Below the pieces are notes generated by a model. It was not told where the DNA came from and ran no database searches. It saw nothing but the letters and a program-made list of their open reading frames with translations. 64,000 nucleotides of DNA, from assembly GCF_964355755.1 (NCBI RefSeq), contig NC_092677.1, positions 1,510,101 through 1,574,100 of the forward strand, in the 5' to 3' direction. Below are positions 1 to 12,400 of this stretch, in pieces; the stretch's first letter is position 1; each line of letters opens with the position of its first letter. The position numbers and the translations under genes were made by a program. The stretch comes from Antedon mediterranea (Eukaryota; Animalia; Echinodermata).

Positions 1-205
1 GATTTTGCTTTTGCGAAAAGAAAAAAGGGATAGCAACGGGAAGGGATATCCCCCGCCCCATCCCCATGCTCTGCATGGGTGCTTAAAAGGAAAAATAATG
101 ATGACCTTTGTATATTTGTCAACACTACATTATTTTAAACATGTTTAAAACACATGGTAACACTGATCCTTCTGTATTATTTTGTTTAAATTTTTTTTAA
201 ATACA

Positions 206-774
206 GAAGTTCCAAAAAAAGAGAATGATTGTAATTCAACTGGTCATGTTGTTGGAATGACGTTTGTTGGTGTGCTCATTGGATTCATTATAATTATGTT
301 TGATTGTGGTTTTTATCCTCAGCAAAATAAAGAAGTCACATGCACAGGTAAAGTATAATTCAGAAAGTAGAACCAAAAGCAAAAGTGCTGACTTGAAATG
401 ACCAAAGGTTTAATGAAATACCGCACACTTAAGTAATGGAAACTATTTAAACATGAAATTTGATTTTAAAGGTAGGCCTACCTACATCAAAAAATACCAA
501 CCAATCAGGGGTAAGGATGTTACTTCAACTCTAATTATTCAATTTCACTCATCATAATTATTATTATTACTATTGTCACCAATATATCAATAAAGGTTTA
601 CACGATAATTCTTTTTTTGCATGCACTAAACTGTTGTATTATTTTTAGCAGCAGGCGTATATGACTTATACTGAAGAGACAGATAAAGAAACAAACCACA
701 CATACCAAGATTTACAGAAGAAAGACGATAATCAAGCTGTATATGTAAATGAAGCAAAAAAAGACAAAAAATAA
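206..774 (+). pseudogene. 3' part of Ig-receptor unit 0 (TM exon, microexon, Tyr tail); probably a pseudogene
   Basis: TM exon (about 206-347) is homologous to the other units but has a 4-nt insertion (ttcattataattatgttt) that shifts the frame. Microexon 472-510 carries a GGCCTA insertion. Tail exon 649-774 reads QQAYMTYTEETDKETNHTYQDLQKKDDNQAVYVNEAKKDKK*. The upstream exons lie outside the window. Confidence 0.7.
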
Positions 775-1461
775 TATACATGTTTAAAATAAAAATAAAA
801 TAAATATATTATAATTATTAATGGAATATCATTACTATGGTTTGAAACTACAATCACATACATCTTGATGATTATATTATAGAAATAAAGAGAAATCATA
901 ACCTTGAAAAAGTGTTTTCTTTCTCTTGATTTAACTCTTAACGCGTACAAATTAATAACAAGGAAATGTGATGCTGCAATTTGTTTTGCATTAACTAAAC
1001 AAAATATACAGAAGTACCTAGCCCCAGAATTTATCATACGGTAAATAGGAATATGTGATGTAAAGATGAAAACCATACACATATACTTGAAACATGAAAA
1101 AAAGATAACTAACACGACTTTATTCAAAATTTTATTTCTTGTCTGCTGGCAATAAAACGTGCTTGTATTAGACCAATTTATTCGTTACTTTGAATGTAAT
1201 GTTTGACTGCATTATTGCATTGATAATGACCATTATACCAGCATAAGAAAGAAAATAAACTATACAATTATTCTTTATTAAGAATAAGTCTTTTTGAGGA
1301 GTAGTGATCGTTTAGACGGGAGAGCTTAACAACAGTGAACGTTGAGGGCGTATGTAATTGAATCAACTCGTATTAGGCCTACTTTCATAATCTCACAGAA
1401 CAAGGAAGGACAATTTCGATTTATATTCGATATTCGCTATACTAGTAATTCTGTCTTTGTG

Positions 1462-4441
1462 ATGATGACTTTTTGTTTGCTGCTATTTGTTCTTGTATTT
1501 GGTAAGTACCAGGCTTTAATGTTTTGTGGGTGCTACTATAAGTTAAGTCTTTGTCTATGTAGAGCATCTTGTGTATATGTTTGTCTTATATGTTCTAGTG
1601 CAGTATATGGAGAGCCATCTCGATAGTGCTTTGCACTCATGGCAATCCTCAGGGTGCTGCACCGCTGTGTTGTCATGTATTGTTGTGCCTGAAAATTGAA
1701 TAAAATAAAAATAAAAAATAAAATTAACATTTGATTTTCAATTTTTTTTATAAAACCATATACATGTAGGCCTATAGTACATTTCCGTCATTGTTTGAGA
1801 TACAAATAATCATCATGCATGTTATTTTCGAATTTATAGAGGTCGTTCTAACTTAGGTTAACAATTATAAAAGTAAACTATTAATTACAAAATCTTAAAA
1901 TTTGCCGGACCACTGGTTTGGTTTGTGTGAGAGCCCAGAACAGAAAACACAATAGAAAGAATGCATTCACTAGAATGTTGATTTTTTTAGTATCTTTCTG
2001 ATTTTAATACTTTGCAGCATAATGTTATCAATTAATCAAATTTATTCACCTCCCTTAGGAGAAACATATAAAAACTGTACAGCAAAATAAAACACATTAA
2101 AATAAAGATTCACACGAATCAATAGATTAAAATGGTTTTAACAAGTTAAATAAAGTGTCAAAATCATTGTGAAATAGGGCAGACTTGTTATATTTCAAAA
2201 TCAAGTTAAGTAAATTTATTTAGTTTCAGATGCAAGTGCACAAACACAAGTGACAGTGAATGCTGCTACAGCAAAAGTTGATGAAGCTGCAACAATGATG
2301 TGTACTTATACACTTGTACCAAACGATTCATTGCTGCAATTGGGTTGGACAAACGCAGATGACAGTGGTCAAGCAGTAGGAATTGCTCTTGTGATTTCTA
2401 CAGGAAAAACAAGCAATGGTCGATACAGTTTGTCCAATGATAATCTTATAATAACTGATGTTGAAAGAGGTGACGCAGGCAACTATCGTTGTGTTGTTGG
2501 CACCACTGGTGGGAATGGTGCTGAAAACTTTGCTAATCTCACAGTCTATTGTGAGTATATGTTTTGTAGCTAAAATGATTTTTTTTATATTTATTTAAAT
2601 ATGTTTATTTTAGGTACTGTACATTACATGTCAGTTAGTACAGTAATTTTAATTTCATCTTTGAATCATAAGTTTCACAATCAGAAAAAAAATGAAACCA
2701 ATAATTTGGATAAAAAGTAAAAAAGTATCATCATCTATTGTGATATTCAATGCATTTAAATTTTTCTGTTTCAGTGGTATGATGGTAATTAACTTTCCAA
2801 TTTATGTGTTTGCTTTTTAGAGTATAATGTATATAATTTACAAATTTAATCTAAACAATGTATATGATATTTAAAGAGAAAGGCAATTATAATGCAGGGA
2901 TGTTATTTACATCAGAACCAAATGAATATTCAATATCCTATGTGTTATATTGTTTGAGTACTACTAAACATTAGCAATTACTGTATTAGAATTGGTACAG
3001 TAGGCATGTCAATTGTGTAATTCTAAACAAATGATAATCCAAGAACTGTACAGTATAATTTTGCCATTTCAGATCTTGAAGTACCAGATTTAAAACCAGT
3101 AGAATTGCATGCCACATTAAATGAAACAGCGATATTTACATGTACTGAACTTGAAGGTTTACCAACACCAATTACTATCACATGGATCAAAGATGGCAAT
3201 CCACTTGGTGTTTCTAATACAGACAAGTATCCAACTTCTGATGCAACATTAACGATTAATGACGTTGATGAGAGAGATGAGGGAGCTTATCAGTGTAGAG
3301 CAGAGAATGCTGCTTACATGGGAGAGGAGGGAAAACTTAGTAATACTGCCACACTGTCAATAGGTTTGTGGGAATAAACATTTTAATAAATAATATATTT
3401 TATTAGCATCATTGTATAAGTATTTTCTGCATGTCAAATTATAAATGAAATATTCATATTACAGTATATTATGTCATGTGGTAACAAAAATAAAGCACAG
3501 CGAAAACAGCGATAACTGAAAGTTTTAGTTTATTAAAGTCATTTTTATAAAATGAACGCATGACGTGTCGGATTATTGCTTGTTTATTTTCTATTTCTTT
3601 AGCATTGGCGACAACTTCTTTTATATCCAGTAAGTCAACTACACGTAGGTTTTGTTTGTTTGCACTGCATTGTAAATTTCCGGGATTTTGAATTTGCGAA
3701 AAAAAAGGATAGCAATTAAAAGGGATATCCCGGCCCCATCCCCATGATCTGTATCATGCCTTAAAAGGGAAAATAATGTCAACACTACATTGTTGTAAAC
3801 ATGTTTAAAACACGGCATGGTAACACGATCCTTCTGTATTATTTGTTCAGTTTTAAGTACAGAAGTTCCAAAGAGAGAGAATGATTGTAATTCAACTGGT
3901 CTTGTTGTTGGAATGACGTTTGTTGGTGTGCTCATTGGATTCATTCTCTGTTTGATTGTGATTTTTATCATCAGCAAAATAAGGAAATCACATGCACAGG
4001 TAAAGTATAATTCAGAACGTAGAACCAAAAGCAAAAGTGTAGACTTAATGACCAAAGGTTTAATGAAATACCGCACACTTAAGTAATAGAAACTATTTTA
4101 ACATTAAATATGAGGTTTTATTTTGAAGGTACCGACATCGAAAAACACCAACCAATCAGGGGTAAGGATGTTACTTCAACTTTAAGTATTCAATTTCACT
4201 CGTCGTCGTCATCACCATCATTATTATCACTATTGCCACCAATATATCAATAAAGGTTTACACGATTTTCATTCTTTTTTTTTGCATGCACTAAACTTTT
4301 GTATTTTTTTAGCTGCAGGCGTATATGACTTATACTGGAGAGACAGATAAAGAAACAAACCACACATACCAAGATTTACAGAAGAAAGAAGATAATCAAG
4401 CTGTATATGTAAATGTTAAAGCAAAAAAGGACAAAAAATAA
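1462..4441 (+). CDS. Ig-superfamily receptor unit 1 (leader-V[class A]-I-stalk-TM-cyt-Tyr tail), apparently intact
   Basis: Predicted exons: 1462-1501 (MMTFCLLLFVLVF), 2224/2230-2550 (V: C..W..DAGNYRC), 3073-3363 (I-set: FTC..W..DEGAYQC), 3603-3629, 3851-3999 ([27 protein letters not shown]), 4129-4161, 4313-4441 (stop). All have GT/AG boundaries and compatible phases (1,1,1,1,0,0). Confidence 0.85.
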
Positions 4442-5882
4442 TATACATGTTTAAAATAAAATGAAAGAAATACATCACTATTATTATTCTTATTATTAAT
4501 GGAATATCATTGGTTTGAAACTACAATCACATACATCTTGTTGATTTTATTATAGAAATAAAGAGAAATCATAACCAAGAGAAAGTGTTTTCTTTCTCTT
4601 GATTTAACTCTTTAACGCGTACAAATTAAGAACAAAGAAATGTGAATGCTGCAATTTGTATTATCATTAACAAAACAAAAACCTATATGTACCTAAAGTG
4701 ACATAATCTACAAGGGGTATATAGCAACATGTGATATGTAAAGATAAAAACCACAGACATACTTGAAACATTTAAAAACAGATATGTAACTAACAATGAT
4801 ACATTTATTAAACATTGTATTTCTTGTTTTGATTTTTCTGAATTAAAACTTGCTTGTATTAGACCGAATTTGATTCGTTACTTTGATTTTAATGTTTGAA
4901 TGCATTAGTACATTGACATATAATGACATACTAGAATAGACTAGACAATCAATTCTTTTAACACGCTTGTAATTGTATTATTGTTATATAGCATTCTTTA
5001 ATTTAATTCGCCTCAGCTCGAGATGTGCTTTGGTTGCTTGCTGCCATATTTTTTCAAAGAGTTTAGTAATGATCAAATTGATTTTTAAACGTACAAACTA
5101 AATTCTAGGGACAAATTGGACGGAGGTTTTACAGTTATGTGCGATTCAGGTTCATTTCTTTTTTAGGAAAGACATTAAGAAATACCTATAAAAATAATAA
5201 GTAGTAGTTTGAACTACTTACTGTATAAATACAATTTTTAAAAGGCTAGGTGTTTTATGATTTTATTTTAAATAATTGATACTATTAAAAAAGAATAATT
5301 GTATCATCTTGATTTGGACGGAAGTACAGTGCACTATAATTATGAAGGAAGTAAAACTAATATATCACAAGTATGAATGGCAATCCAGAATCATAACAAT
5401 GACAGGAACAATCAATACTTCAGTATACAATACCGTAGAGTATGGTAGAGTGCAAGACAATAATAGTGAAATAGTCACCACCTAATAAAGCGGAACAGAT
5501 TTCCATATTTTACAGATTTGTCATGGAGGCGAAAAGTAAAAATGCGATGATTGTAAGTACAAATATTTAAAATATTTTTTCACACAATGACGCAATCGTA
5601 AATCGTTAGTAGCTATTTTTAAAAATGAAAAAAGGGAAATCTAACCATGCCAAAAAAAAACCAAACCGCAGTAAGGGGATACGCCTTCGTCGCTAACCAG
5701 GGATCGGTCTAATTGAACCCCGGTCAGTAACAGTTGTGTCTAGGTCATCCCGGACTCAGGCGCCTCCTGCCCTACAAAAATAGATCTAAAAGAATCTAGG
5801 TGGCATGGAAAAGGAGAAAAAAAGTAGATTAAAATATACTAGTAAAGTTGCATTTCCTTCTTGTAACTAGATTGCTGTAAAG

Positions 5883-8482
5883 ATGAAGAGTGTTTCCTTC
5901 TTGTTATTGTTTATTCTATATTTACGACGTAAGTACAATTCACCAAACTAACCCTATAATTAAGTATTCTCTAAGAGTTAATCAACTTCTTTGTTGATTT
6001 GAACAGTTATTAACTAAATATATTTTGCTTGTAAATTAAATATATCTCTATTTATGGTAGGTTTATGGCACACCAGGATGGACATACATAGTTATGTCCG
6101 TCCTAGCGTGCCATATAGGTTCAAACGCTAGATATAGGTTAGCTAAATACTGCATGAGGCCTGTGACATCATGACATACTCATGTTGCTTTACTGTCGCT
6201 GTGCTACTAATTGTGCAAATAGTTATATATACATATATATATATATATACATTTTCAGTATTTTTTGTTTGTATTGTTTGCATTTCCTATAATTTTGTTT
6301 CCAGAAATGACTAAAAAACCTTTCTTGACATCAACACAATGTTTAATAAATGGTAGTAGACATACAGCACATGTTTATAGCAAGCTATCTTTAAAAATGA
6401 GTAACAAGCTTTATCTTTTATAACACCAAATCAACGTAGGCCTACCCTAAACTCCAAAAACTTGCAATAAAAGTGCACAATATGCAGTATCTATAATAAT
6501 TACTGTACAGTTATTGTTTAGTTTTAGGTACACATGCACAAACTACGTCTGTGACAGCGGGTGGTGATGCAGTTAAAGTTGGTGAGGTTGCGACGATGAC
6601 GTGTAGTTACACACTTCCAAATGGAGAAGTATTGGATCGACTGGTTTGGTTCAGAGCTGATGCTGATGGTACTCCAGTATTAGGCGACCCTCTCGTGTCT
6701 ATAGTTGAAACAAGCAATGGTCGTTACAGCTTATCTAATGACAAGGATCTTATGATAAGAACTGTTGAAGTAAATGATGCAGGCAACTATCTGTGTAGAA
6801 TTGTAACACAAAATGTTCAAACTGCTGAAGACTATGATGAACTTATAGTTCAATGTGAGTTTGTCATTCCTTTGTTGTTCTTTTTCTAGTGAAAGTTAAA
6901 TACATAAACTCTGTTGGACAATCTTCAAATTACAATAAATAATTATAATCTAAAATTATCAAAATGTAAATAAAGCTGACGTTTTTATGGTATTACATTT
7001 AATAGTCAAAGTTTCTTTCCACTGCAGATCTTGATACACCCGTTGTGACTCCAGCCCAATTGTCTGTCAATATTGGTGAAACAGCACTGTTTTCTACTGT
7101 ACATGTTGGATTCCCAACACCAATTACCATCACATGGATCAAAGATGGCAAAGAACTTGATGTTTCTGATATAGAAAAGTATCCGTCTTCGGATGCAACA
7201 TTAACGATTAAGAATGTAAATGAGATAGATGCAGGGAGTTATAAGTGTATAGCAGAGAATGCTGTTTACATGGGAGAAGAAGGAAAACGTAGTAATACTG
7301 CCACACTGTCAATAGGTTGGTTGAAAAATAAACTTTTTAACTGTTGATACAAACATATCATATTTTTGAATATTTTCTGTAAGGACCAAACTGCCTGTCA
7401 TAATTAATTGGTTAATATTGCTATTATGTTATGTGGTAATAAAAATGAAGCACAGCTACACAACAAAAACTGCTTGAAGTTGGGGAAAATGTTTGGAAGA
7501 AAGAAAGGGAAATGTTTTAATACTGAACTTTTGCAAACGATAAGGTTTCTTATTTAGTTTTTTTTTTTAGTTATAGCAGGCTTTATGTGATATGACGTGT
7601 TTTAATAATATTACAATATTTCTCTATTTCTTTAGCACTGACGACAACTTCTTTTATATCCAGTAAGTCAACTACATGAAGGTTCTGTTTGTTTGCATTG
7701 TATTTTAAATTTCCGGGATTTTGCATTTGCGAAAAGAAAAAAAAAAGATAGAAATGGAAAGGATATCCCCCGCTCCACCCCAGGATCTGTATGAGTGCTT
7801 AAAAGGAAAATAAGTATGACCTTTGTATATTTGTCAACACTATATTATTGTAAAAAATTAAATTAAAACACATTGTAACACTATATCCTTCTGTATTATT
7901 TGTTCAGTTTTAAGTACAGAAGTTCCAAAGAAAGAGAATGATTGTAATTCAACTGGTCTTGTTGTTGGAATGGCGTTTGTTGGTGTGCTTATTGGATTCA
8001 TTATCTGTTTGCTTGTGGGTTTTATCATCAGCAAAATAAGGAAGTCACATGTACAGGTAAAGTATAATTCAGAAAGTAGAACCAGAAGCAAAAGTTTAGA
8101 CTTAAAAATAATGACCAAAGGTTTAATATACCGCATACTTAAGTAATGGAAACTATTTTAACATTAAATATGATATTTTATTTTAAAGGTACCTACATCG
8201 AAAAACACCAACCAATCAGGGGTAAGGATGTTACTTTAATTTAATTATTCAATTTCACTCGTCGTCCTCACTATTGTCACCAATATATCAATAAAGGTTT
8301 ACACGATTTTCATTCTTCTTTTTGCATGCACTAAACTGTTGTATTTTGTTTAGCAGCAGGAGTATATGACTTATACTGGAGAGACAGATAAAGAAACCAA
8401 CCACACATACCAAGATTTACAGAAGAAAGACGATAATCAAGCTGTATATGTAAATGTTAAAGCAAAAAAGGACAACAAATAA
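5883..8482 (+). CDS. Ig-superfamily receptor unit 2 (V class C), apparently intact
   Basis: Exons 5883-5928 (MKSVSFLLLFILYLR), 6522/6528-6854 (V), 7028-7315 (I-set lacking the B-strand Cys), 7636-7662, 7908-8056 (TM), 8189-8221, 8354-8482 (QQEYMTY..TYQDL..VYVNV..*). Phases are compatible. Confidence 0.85.
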
Positions 8483-9497
8483 TATACATGTTTAAAATAA
8501 AAATAAAATAAATATATTATTATAATTAATAGAATCATTGCAATGCTTTGAAACTACAATCACATACCTCTTGTTAATTTTATTATAGAAATAAAGAGAA
8601 ATTAACTTTGAGAAAGTGTTTTCTCTATCTTAATTTAAAATTTAATAACAAAGAAATGTGAATGCTGCAATGTGTATCATCATTAACTAAACAAAGTGTA
8701 CACAAGTACGTATAGTGACATCTACACCAATGGTATAATATAGCAAAATGTGAAGTAAATATCAAATTTGTAATGTAATGTAAAGATGAAAACCATAAAC
8801 ATATAACTTGCAAAATATGAAAATAAGATATGTAACTAACAACGATACATTTATTAAAATAGAATTTCTTGTTTTTAGTTGTTGGAATTAAAACTTGCTT
8901 GTACTAGACCAACTTTGATGATCCGTTAATGTTTGAATGCATTAGTACATTGATATAGAAATAAAAATAAACTATACAATCAATGATTTTAACACCAATA
9001 CACGTAGCGTTATTTAAATTTAATTCGCCTTCTAGATGTGTATTGGTTGAGTGCTACCATATATTTACAGAAAATTGAGTAATGTTCAAATTGATTTTGA
9101 AACGGAAAAATTAAACTCTATGGACAAATTGGACCGGGCCTTAAAGTTGGGTGCGATGCTGGTTCATTTCTGTTTTTAAAGAAAACATTTAAGAAATACC
9201 ACAGTTTGAGTTTGCGCGGTTGAACGCACTGTATAAATAAGGCCTAAAACCATGTGTTTAAATAATTGTTATTAATTAAAAAGATAAAGTACCATCTTGA
9301 TTTGGAAGGAAATACAGTGCACTATTGTGAAGGAAGTAAAACTAATATATCACAAGTGTGAATGGCAATCTAGAATCATAACAATGACAGGAACAATCAA
9401 TAATTCAGTATACAATACAGTAGAGTGTGGAAGAGTGCGAGACAATAAAAGTGAAATAGTCATCACCTAATAAAGCGGAAAAGACATATTCGATGCG

Positions 9498-12400
9498 ATG
9501 GAGGCAAGATGTACAAGTGCGATAGTCTTCTAATTGTTAAACTTTGTGGTTGTAAGTACAAATATTAAAAATATCTTCTTTTTTTTTCACAAAATGACGC
9601 AATCGTAAATCGTTATTTGTTTAATTTAGTTTCAGATACAAGTGCACAAACACCAGTGCCAATGGATGCTGCTAAAGCCAAAGAGTTTGAAAATGTAACG
9701 ATGGTGTGCACTTATACATTTCTGAAAGGAGATTTATTGTTGCAACTGGCTTGGTCAAAAACTGATGACAATGGTCAACAAAATAGGACCTGCTCTTGTG
9801 GTTTCTACAGGACTAACAACCAATGGTCGATACAGTTTGTCCAATAATAATCTTATAATAACTGATGTTGAACGAGGTGATACAGGCAACTATCGTTGTG
9901 CTTTTAGCACTAATCTTGGAAATTCTGGTGAAAACTTTGCAGCACTCACAGTCAATTGTGAGTATAATTATATACTGTGCAGAATTTGTATTTAAAACAA
10001 TAAATCTCTTAATTAAAGTAATCTTTTAACCTAAAATGTTGATTTCCGACTTTTAAAGTTACTTTAGAATTTAGTTCAGTAATTAATTAGTAATAATAAT
10101 AATAACAGTACAGTAATTTTGAATTCAAATGAACATCAGCTAGTTTAAGCGGATGCTAGTCAAGTCGCCCCATCGCAAAGTCGCCCCTTACAAAGTCGCC
10201 CCTTACACAGTCGCCCCATCGCAAAGTCGCCCCAAAACAAAGTCGCCCCGACACAGTCGCCCCATCGCAAAGTCGCCCCAACGCAAAGTCGCCCCATCGC
10301 AAAGTCGCCCTAACACAAAGTCGCCCCATCGCAAAGTCGCCCCAAAACGTTAAAAGTGCGTAAAATGTCGCAATGATACACAAAATAACACGGAACGTGT
10401 AGGCATAAAAGGGGAAGCCCCGCCATGTAGTCTCAGGTCACACGATCATCCCCCATCATCATGAGGGAGGAAGCCCCCAACTAATCACTCCGCGCGCGGT
10501 CGCACTAACGTGCTAGCTCACCACCAGAGGGAAACCCCCGTAATTACTCCGCCGTTGTCGCACTACACAACGCACCATCTGAAGATGGGGAAACCCCGCC
10601 GGAGTTTTACGATATCAGTCGCGTTCGAAATCGGTCGAGTTTAATTTTGGTCGCGATAAAATGATGTTATACGATCTAGATTATTTTTACTTTGGTCGAT
10701 AAATATTTATTATTATTAGGCCTATATATTATATTAATAATTGATTTTTGTTTCTATTTTACAGGTCTATGATGAGAAAGATGTGTGCCTTCAAAAATGA
10801 CAATTTGTAAACATAGTTTAAGATTATAGTATTATTCAGCATAATGTCATTTAACAGTACATAATTATTTAAATGTGAAATATTTTATAGGGAACGTAGG
10901 CTACGTCTGTGACTTTTATTTTATATGCAACAAATTACGTAAAACAATTTATTTATAAACATTCAGTTTACTAATAGTATTACAATGAACATTGATTATA
11001 AGCCTGGAAAGGCAATCCCATCATTATATCCATTATAAAATTGCATCATCACCACTATATGTCGTAAATGATGACGTGCGTGTGTGTATGTATTCGTCGT
11101 ACGTCCGTGTACGTACTATTCCGTGCATCTTCACTGTCTTGTTTAATTTATTTAATAAAATAATATATTTAATTAAATAAACACCCGATATGAGGATATT
11201 TATTAGGCATGAGATAATTAGAATGTTCTATAACCAAAAGGGTTGAAAAGAATTTCTTCAGTAAAATGATCATTTTGCTGTTGAATAAAAAGCGACTCGC
11301 AATCTGAAACATTCTCTGAAACCAATCGGAGCAAGCTGCGCCTTCTGGTATCTGTTTCCTCACAGTGCTACGACGTCTTTCTGCTGCCCGTCGGGGATTC
11401 CCCTTTTTAAAAAACACGCACACGATACGATGGTTTTCCATGGTCAAAATGTAGCGTACGATCATATCGGCGATGAAATCCTTTTTTTTTATTTCTTCAT
11501 TTTGAAAAGTCATAATAAAATTAAATAACAATAGACACATAACTTGTCAATAAATGCAAAGTGATCAATAAGTAGCCTATAACACTATTGTCTTACAACT
11601 ACTGTAAATCTATACGAAGGCCTATTACACATTTATACACTTATTATATTATCATAAAAAATGAGCTGGTAGGTTGAAGAAAGATTCGTAATTGTGGCTC
11701 TGGTAACTAATTTTAAAATCATATTAAATTAACATTTTCGAAACTATAAATCAGGGATAATCTTTTTAGAACTTTCAAACAAGGGACTGTTTTTTTAATG
11801 ATTTCTAAAAAGCACATCACTTCATTAAAACCTGTAAAATAAAAATAAAAAATACAAATTATGTATATAATAGGATAAACATTATAATGTAGGCCTAGGC
11901 CTATACGACATTTAGCGCGACCAAAGTAACAACGCAATCGATATCAAACGCAACCGATATGATTAAAACAGCGTACTACTAGTAATAGCGGCGGCGCTTC
12001 ATAGTCATACCGAAATAAAACCGTGGGCGACTTTGCGATAGGGCGACTTTGCGTTGGGGCGACTTTGCGATGGGTCGACTTTGCGATGGGGCGACTTTGT
12101 AATGGGGCGACTTTGCGATGGGGCGACTGTGCCGGGGCGACTTTGTTTTGGGGCGACTTTGCGATGGGGCGACTTTGTATTGGGCGACTTTGTATGGGGC
12201 GACTTTGCGATGGGGCGACTTGACTGGATCCCGTTTAAGCATATACAGGTCAAATAGCAATGTAAGTTAACAACAGTGAAAACTGATGAGACAAATTTTC
12301 CTATGCATTAATGACGTCTTAGCCAATTTTAGACGACGGCTGTATATATGGTAAGCGCATATCGGAAGTATTATATCGCAATTGTCCTGATATCATATAG

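Noticed and set aside
3639-4076. Minus-strand ORFs recurring at 3639, 7858, 13301, 21986, 43539 and 62933
   Set aside because: They are antisense shadows of the conserved TM exon.
5523-5552. Leader exon for unit 2
   Set aside because: It is a truncated MEEKC-type remnant lacking the hydrophobic core and is not phase 1. The exon at 5883-5928 fits better.
10153-12260. Short ORFs with KSPHRKVAP / GDFAMGRL repeats
   Set aside because: They are translations of the transposon terminal tandem repeats.
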